Positions 46,276-52,008 of a stretch of 52,008 nt of DNA are shown piece after piece (position 1 is the first letter of the stretch; each line of letters starts with the position of its first letter). The notes beneath the pieces were generated by a model. That model did no database searches, had not been told where the DNA came from, and saw nothing but the letters and a program-made list of their open reading frames with translations. This DNA is from Stramenopiles sp. TOSAG23-3 (taxonomy: Eukaryota): NCBI GenBank assembly GCA_900128585.1, contig LT642161.1, positions 1-52,008 of the forward strand. Reading direction: 5' to 3'. Both the position numbers and the translations under genes were made by a program.

Positions 46276-48642
46276 ATGGCCGTTCGGACTCAGTCAAAGT
46301 ATCCTATGATATCCGTCGACGAGGCATTGGCGACGGTCTTGTCGTTTGCAGAGCCTTGCGGAGAAGAGACGATCGACCTCGCGTTTGATGCTGGCAGTGC
46401 GCCAATGCCCGTAGACCAGTTGATCGACAGGGTAACGGCAGAAGCCATTCGTGCGTCAAGCGGACCCCTGCCGCCCTTCCGAGCGTCTATTATGGACGGC
46501 TACGCCGTGGTTGCCTCGGACGGGGCGGGGACGTTCGACATTGTTGGGAGCGTTACTGCCGGCAACGACCCTGCAGCGACGAAAGTGGCACCAGGAACGG
46601 TTGCCTACATCACCACCGGGGCCCCGGTCCCCGGCGGGGCGGATGCTGTCGTTCCTGTTGAAGATACCGAGCAAGGGGAAAGTGCTGGCCAGGTCAGGAT
46701 TCTAAAAGGGGTGGCCGTGGGAAAATGGATCCGGCCGGTCGGGTCGGATGTTCAAGACGGCGAGGTAATTTTGGAAAAACACACCGTCTTGTCCGCGGCC
46801 GAAATTGGCCTCATCGCGAGCGTTGGGTGCAGAAAAGTGAAGCTGTATAAAAAGCCGACAGTTGCCATTCTGTCAACGGGGGACGAACTGGTAAACCCAG
46901 GGGAGTCGATCCAGGGAGGGAAAATTAGAGATAGCAACCGCCCTATGCTGCACGCTGCAGCGTTGAAAGCCGGGGCAATGGTTGTCGACATTGGCATTGT
47001 CAAGGACCAGGAAACACCGCTGGGCGATGTTGTCCGCGGTGCATTGGGAAAAGCCGACGTGGTGGTGACCAGTGGTGGCGTGAGCATGGGATCTTTGGAC
47101 CTTGTCAAGCCCCTCCTCGAGTCGATGGGGACCGTGCACTTTGGCCGCCTGTGCATGAAGCCGGGCAAACCGACCACATTCGCAACCATCAAGATTGGGG
47201 GAAGGGTTAAACTCATGTTTGGTTTGCCGGGCAACCCCGTCAGCAGCCTGGTGTCCTTCAAACTCTTGGTCGAGCCAGCAATAAAAGCCTTGTCCGGTGT
47301 GCCTCGCAGCAGGTGCCATCATTCCCGCGTGCATGCTCGCCTGGACATGCCGATCAGGATGGACCCCGCTCGGCCAGAATACCACCGTGCCCAGCTGTCG
47401 TGGAGGAGCACGATCGGCTCGGGCGGAGAGTTCACCGCAACATCTACGGGCCTGCAGCGAAGTTCACGGCTGCTTAGCATGGTGTCCTCGACGGCGCTCC
47501 TTTGCATCCCCCAGAGCAAGGGGGAACTGAGCAAAGGGGCGTTCGTACCCGCCCTTCTCCTTGGGAACCAGATTCCTCCCCCAGGAAGCGTCACGAAGCA
47601 CATGGACGACCGCTTCTCGACGAGCACAGCCTCCGAGGATACCTACGGGACGGCGAAAGTGGGCCCCGGAAGCGCGGAGGAGGTGGACGACGGGCAGCCG
47701 TCCTGCCCCTGCTGCAAGCTGGCGGGCAAAGCCACGTCCAGCGTGCGCCAAGCCGACGACAGACCACTTGTACGCAGCGGTGGATCCGCGCAATCCGGGG
47801 GGACAGTGATGCGTGTCGGTGTGTTGACGGTAAGCGATCGTGCAAGCCGCGGGGTTTACCAGGACAGGGGTGGGCCTGAAATAATGTTTTGCTTGGAAGA
47901 CTACATCAGCTCGTCGTGGGAAACCGATTACCGGGTGGTATCGGACGACCGGAAGCAGATCGAAGCCGCATTGTGCGACTTGGTAGACCGCACTAAGTGC
48001 CATATTGTGATAACCACTGGCGGTACTGGCCCGAGCTTACGGGACGTTACCCCTGAAGCAACGACCGCAGTGTGCGACCGGATTTTTCCAGGCTTTGGGG
48101 AGAGGATGAGGCAGATTTCCCTTGCGTTTGTATCGACCGCCATTTTGTCCCGTCAGGTCGTGGGGTCGCGCGGGACTAGCATTATCATGAACCTTCCGGG
48201 GTCCCCGGGAAGCATTCGACAAATATTACCCGAGATGTTGGAAGCCTTGGCCCACACAAGCTTCATTTTAAACCGTTGCCGAATAATCCTGAAGAAGAAA
48301 GCCACGCCGAAAGCCGTAGAGGCCGACTATGCCGTGGACCAAGTGAACAAAGATTGGATCGAGGCACGGAGGCGTGAAAGCGAGGGTAAGTTTAAGACCG
48401 ACACGGACGTCGTGGAACACGTCCTGCAGCGCGTGCAGTCGAAAGAGACGGACGAGGAGACGGTGTTTACGGTATCAAGGGGCGGGGGGCGAAAAAAAGT
48501 AAAGACAAACATGCGGTTTGCACTCGGCGAGAGCAACCTTTTGTACTTGCGATTAATGCAAGAAAAATATGACATTCCAAATGTCCAGAAAGCATTGCGC
48601 ATTGTCCTCGATTTTGCATTGGAAGAAGAAGAGGGTTATTGA
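46276..48642 (+). CDS. CNX1: Molybdenum cofactor biosynthesis MoeA(E)-MogA(G) fusion in plant CNX1 domain order, with a C-terminal extension
   Basis: LPPFRASIMDGYAV, YITTGAPVPGGADAVV.VED, STGDEL, IRDSN, SGGVSMG, MKPGKP, LPGNPVS (MoeA); GVLTVSDRAS.G...D..GP, TTGGTG...RDVTPEA, NLPGSP (MogA). Confidence 0.93.
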   Translation: MAVRTQSKYPMISVDEALATVLSFAEPCGEETIDLAFDAGSAPMPVDQLIDRVTAEAIRASSGPLPPFRASIMDGYAVVASDGAGTFDIVGSVTAGNDPAATKVAPGTVAYITTGAPVPGGADAVVPVEDTEQGESAGQVRILKGVAVGKWIRPVGSDVQDGEVILEKHTVLSAAEIGLIASVGCRKVKLYKKPTVAILSTGDELVNPGESIQGGKIRDSNRPMLHAAALKAGAMVVDIGIVKDQETPLGDVVRGALGKADVVVTSGGVSMGSLDLVKPLLESMGTVHFGRLCMKPGKPTTFATIKIGGRVKLMFGLPGNPVSSLVSFKLLVEPAIKALSGVPRSRCHHSRVHARLDMPIRMDPARPEYHRAQLSWRSTIGSGGEFTATSTGLQRSSRLLSMVSSTALLCIPQSKGELSKGAFVPALLLGNQIPPPGSVTKHMDDRFSTSTASEDTYGTAKVGPGSAEEVDDGQPSCPCCKLAGKATSSVRQADDRPLVRSGGSAQSGGTVMRVGVLTVSDRASRGVYQDRGGPEIMFCLEDYISSSWETDYRVVSDDRKQIEAALCDLVDRTKCHIVITTGGTGPSLRDVTPEATTAVCDRIFPGFGERMRQISLAFVSTAILSRQVVGSRGTSIIMNLPGSPGSIRQILPEMLEALAHTSFILNRCRIILKKKATPKAVEADYAVDQVNKDWIEARRRESEGKFKTDTDVVEHVLQRVQSKETDEETVFTVSRGGGRKKVKTNMRFALGESNLLYLRLMQEKYDIPNVQKALRIVLDFALEEEEGY

Positions 48643-49326
48643 ATAATATAAAAAACAAACACTATAATATACATATGTAACACTAGAACTTTTTTTGGTT
48701 AAAATAATAAGTTTTCCCGTCATTTTAGATGTTATTCACAATGTTATTTTATGTAACACTAACTCCCTGCTAGGTTTTTAATTAAAAAAAAGTTCACACA
48801 CACATACATCATTCACCCCTCTCTGGACACAAATAAATAGACTTCTTCTTAATAATTTTAATTCTTCTGTCTTCTATCTTCTTCTTGTTTGCTTTCTTCT
48901 TTCTTTTTCGTCCTCCTCTTCTATTTACGTAGTCTTCCATGCAATTCCCATATTATTAAAGACTAATTAAACTATTTAAATCGAACTAAGCCTTGAGAGA
49001 CACTATATTCATTTTGAATACTTTTCCTTCTTCTTTCCGTATAGACTTCGTAGACTACCAAGTACAGTAGTTAGTCGTTCTGTTTTATGATATATTTTTC
49101 AATATTGGTTTTTTTGAACAGGTAATAAGTAATAAATAGAGTATTCTAGTCTAGCAAGAGAGAGAAAACAATTAAATTGAATTCTGAGAATATACTACCA
49201 CACCATCTTTATTAATATGTGGTTGTTATAATACAATAGTGGTATGACGTATTATATTACCTTCTTCATTTTTTTCTTCCTTCTTTCTTCTTTCTTCTTC
49301 CTTCGTTCTTTCAATTTTCAAAAAAA

Positions 49327-49328
<2 letters not shown>

Positions 49329-49361
<33 letters not shown>

Positions 49362-49386
49362 GAAGAAAGAAAGAAAGAAAGAAGAA
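49329..49386. repeat. (GAAA)n microsatellite
   Basis: Direct reading. Confidence 0.9.
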
Positions 49387-49586
49387 CGGAAACACATTTT
49401 ATAATTGCATTATTCAAAACCAAAAGTTAAAGTGTTGAAATAGAAGAGAAGATTACGGTCTATTTCGATCTAGGACGTAGAAACTTTAGTTCATAAATCC
49501 ATACATTTAGTTACTTGCGTGTTTCAGTTGTTTAAAAAAAAGCTTGTCTCAAAGGACTGCATATAGATACACACAGAGCATATACG

Positions 49587-50312
49587 ATGCCGAAGAAGGA
49601 TAAGAAAACAAAGTCGAAAGCACGGAAGCGTGCGCGTCAGGAAGAGCTAAGGCAAGAGAACGAACGCCAGGTAAGGGTCAAGCTTGCAAATTACGAACAA
49701 GACGGGTCGGTCAAAGATACGCTAAAAGACTTCTTGCCGTTTCAAAATTTTACCAGGAACGGGCTCAACCTGAACATTACCTTTGGCGCGGGGCAGACCG
49801 TGCCGAAAGACGTATCATGGGAAATGTTCTGCGTGTTGAAAGAAAACATGGAGGATATGTACATATCAAACGGATGGGGTTGGAAGAACAGCGAAAAGAG
49901 GAAAGAGCACACGGACGAAATGGCACGTTTTTTGATCGCCAAGGGGGACGACGGTAGCATATTGGGGTTTACGCACTTTCGGTTCCTGCTGGAAGGGGCG
50001 TACGAGGTCCTGTACATATACGAACTCCAAGTCGCCGCTGCGGGGCGCCGCCATGGTCTGGGCAAGCACATGATGCAAATATGTGAGCTCATGGCGCGGA
50101 AAAATGCGATGAAGAAGGTGATGCTGACGGTCTTTAAAGCCAACGTGGGCGCCATGAAATTTTACACGAAAAAGATGAAGTACCAAATCGACGAGATTAG
50201 CCCGAGCCTGAGCGATGACGACTTTAGCCAAACCTACGAAATATTGAGCAAGATCGTTTGCCCTGAGTTGAAAAAGCGGAAGACCCTGCTGACCCCAAAA
50301 TCGTCTCCATAA
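49587..50312 (+). CDS. NAA40: N-alpha-acetyltransferase 40 (NatD), GNAT family
   Basis: NMEDMY..NGWGW...EKRKE.....ARFLIA...GFTHFRF.....VLYIYELQV....RRHGLGKHMM...KVMLTVFK.N..A..FY...Y.IDEISP...YEILSK. Confidence 0.93.
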   Translation: MPKKDKKTKSKARKRARQEELRQENERQVRVKLANYEQDGSVKDTLKDFLPFQNFTRNGLNLNITFGAGQTVPKDVSWEMFCVLKENMEDMYISNGWGWKNSEKRKEHTDEMARFLIAKGDDGSILGFTHFRFLLEGAYEVLYIYELQVAAAGRRHGLGKHMMQICELMARKNAMKKVMLTVFKANVGAMKFYTKKMKYQIDEISPSLSDDDFSQTYEILSKIVCPELKKRKTLLTPKSSP

Positions 50313-50638
50313 AGACCGAATTCATTGAGAGGTGCAAAAAAGGCGAAGGTTAAATTCAGAAGGTAAAGTTAAAAAAAAATATATAGGTAAAGTTTATATA
50401 TTTACATCTCAGATTAGGGTTGGATTTGAAGTTAGTATTTGATTTAAAATGAGAGTCTTCTTAAAACATACTATATATTTTGGTTTTTACATTCTCAGAC
50501 CATTTTATTAATGAAATTCTTACGAAAATCACAAATCAGACACTCTGTTTGACGACACTTTCCTTCTTCACAGTTTTTTCTCCCTGTCGTTCTACCATAC
50601 TTCTTCCTCTCTCATGTTTCTCAAGACATGAAATCTCC

Positions 50639-51784
50639 TCAGACTTTTGTCAACATCCCTAATTCTTTTGCGGCCAAGTACAGCGTGACAAGTATGGCAT
50701 ACGCGAGAACGGGGAATGCGTAATTCCCGCCGGCCGCTGGGCCGCTTGCACCTACAGCCGTTGTACTCTTGCGAGACTTCTTTCGCCCCGCTCGTGCGAA
50801 CGGTTTTAATTTCCCGCGAAACTCTTCTATTGTGCTATACCCCTTCTCGATCATCAGGGTTTTCAATTCGTTCCCAACCCTTTCGAAGCAGGCCGCCCCT
50901 TCGGTCCAGTGCTTTGTTCCGATTTGGACAGCCTTGGCGCCGCATAGAATCAATTCGAACGCGTCTGAACCAGACGATACCCCTCCGACGCCAATGATGT
51001 CGATGCTACTGTCAACAAGCTCATAAAGTTTTCGTACGTTCGCGAGCGCGGTGTGCTTTACAAAGCCGCCGCCCAGTCCACCGTACCCACCCTTCGGGGC
51101 AATCGCACTCATTTCATTCTCCACGTCCACAATCAGCGCGTTCCCAATCGTGTTGATGCAGACTACGAATGAGATGAACTTCTTGTAAGAGTTGACGATC
51201 TCCGCTGCTCGTTTAAAGTGGGGCATGTCAAAGTACGGGGCCAGCTTCACCCCGAGCTTTTTCCCGCTCTTTCGAAAAACTTTTGAAGCCGTGACAGCGG
51301 CCAACACGTCGTCCATCTGGTCAAAGTCGTACGCAATGACGGGTTTCCCCGGGACGTTGGGGCACGCCAAATTGAGCTCGATAGCTTCAACCCCGTCCAC
51401 AAGGCAAGCGCGATTCAGCATTTCCAGGTTGTCATTAAGCGAGAGCCCGGATAGAGAAACGAAGTACGGCTTTCGGTAGGCCGAAGCTTCCCGAATACGC
51501 AAGACGTGCTCCTCCGCGATGTAATAGTCAATACCCATGTTCGGCAAACCTTCCGAGTTCATGCTCCCGTGACACTTGTCTTCCCCCAACCCAACCTCTT
51601 TTACGAACCGCGGCATCGGATTCCCCGTCTGCTTCAACAGAGTTGCACTCTTTGACAGCACCGCTCCCGACTTAGACTCTCCAATTTTGACCAACATTTC
51701 CACGGAGTTCGTCCTTGGACCGGACGCATTGTAAATGCAAGAGTCCAACTCGATCCCACCAACGCTCGTTGCCAAAGATACCAT
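50639..51784 (-). CDS. Dihydroorotate dehydrogenase class 1A (fumarate-type) with a C-terminal hydrophobic tail
   Basis: YNASGP, SKSATL...GNP.PR, GSMNSEGLPNMGIDYY, KPYFVSLSG, ELNLACPNVPGKP..AYDF, GVKLAPYFD, INTIGN, PKGGYGGLGG, ALANVR, IIGVGGV, QIGT, EFRGKLK. Confidence 0.93.
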   Translation of the reverse strand: MVSLATSVGGIELDSCIYNASGPRTNSVEMLVKIGESKSGAVLSKSATLLKQTGNPMPRFVKEVGLGEDKCHGSMNSEGLPNMGIDYYIAEEHVLRIREASAYRKPYFVSLSGLSLNDNLEMLNRACLVDGVEAIELNLACPNVPGKPVIAYDFDQMDDVLAAVTASKVFRKSGKKLGVKLAPYFDMPHFKRAAEIVNSYKKFISFVVCINTIGNALIVDVENEMSAIAPKGGYGGLGGGFVKHTALANVRKLYELVDSSIDIIGVGGVSSGSDAFELILCGAKAVQIGTKHWTEGAACFERVGNELKTLMIEKGYSTIEEFRGKLKPFARAGRKKSRKSTTAVGASGPAAGGNYAFPVLAYAILVTLYLAAKELGMLTKV

Positions 51785-51930
51785 CCTCTGTTGTGTGATG
51801 TTATTATGTGTGTGTGTGTAGAAAGAAGAAAAAAAGAGACAAAGTAATGTCTATACTCCTCGTTTTATTTTATTTCTTTTTGGTTATTATGCGTACACAA
51901 TGCTTCTTTTCTCTAAAATTTTCTTTCTTC

Positions 51931-52006
<76 letters not shown>

Positions 52007-52008
52007 AA
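51931..52008. repeat. (AAAG)n microsatellite running to the window end
   Basis: Direct reading. Confidence 0.95.

Noticed and set aside
48637..48651. TGA at the end of CNX1 as possible selenocysteine or readthrough
   Set aside because: An in-frame TAA follows after two more codons and no SECIS-like hairpin is evident.

Overview
This is eukaryotic nuclear DNA: about 20 apparently intronless genes separated by short, very AT-rich spacers, with two N-gaps. The gene content suggests a heterotrophic marine protist such as a stramenopile (inference). Recognisable housekeeping genes are AP-2 alpha-adaptin, NDUFA9, SEC63, a CNX1/gephyrin-type MoeA-MogA fusion, NAA40, a class 1A DHODH, a DnaJ protein, an OGFOD2-like 2OG-Fe(II) oxygenase and a tandem LicD protein. 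The most unusual items are: (i) a 3213-aa DDT/WHIM chromatin scaffold (FYR x2, bromodomain, PHD, PWWP) that also appears to carry an AP2-like and two tandem E2F7/8-like DNA-binding domains; (ii) an accessory block at about 36.6-45.5 kb with two 7-repeat, probably GPI-anchored beta-propeller proteins that have near-invariant frameworks and variable loops, a BspA-TM-ankyrin-multipass protein and two compact orphan ORFs, parts of it bracketed by diverged direct repeats; (iii) odd fusions (TM-Arb2 with a DEK-C-like insert, UEV-like/2OG oxygenase, MoeA-MogA-RHH, tail-anchored DHODH 1A); (iv) dispersed intergenic repeat families whose placement follows gene orientation. Truncated gene fragments, an exact 55-bp duplicate at the window start and abrupt composition shifts suggest the scaffold may be a mosaic or partly artefactual, so neighbourhood-based inferences need caution. 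All domain calls come from reading motifs by eye; no searches were run.
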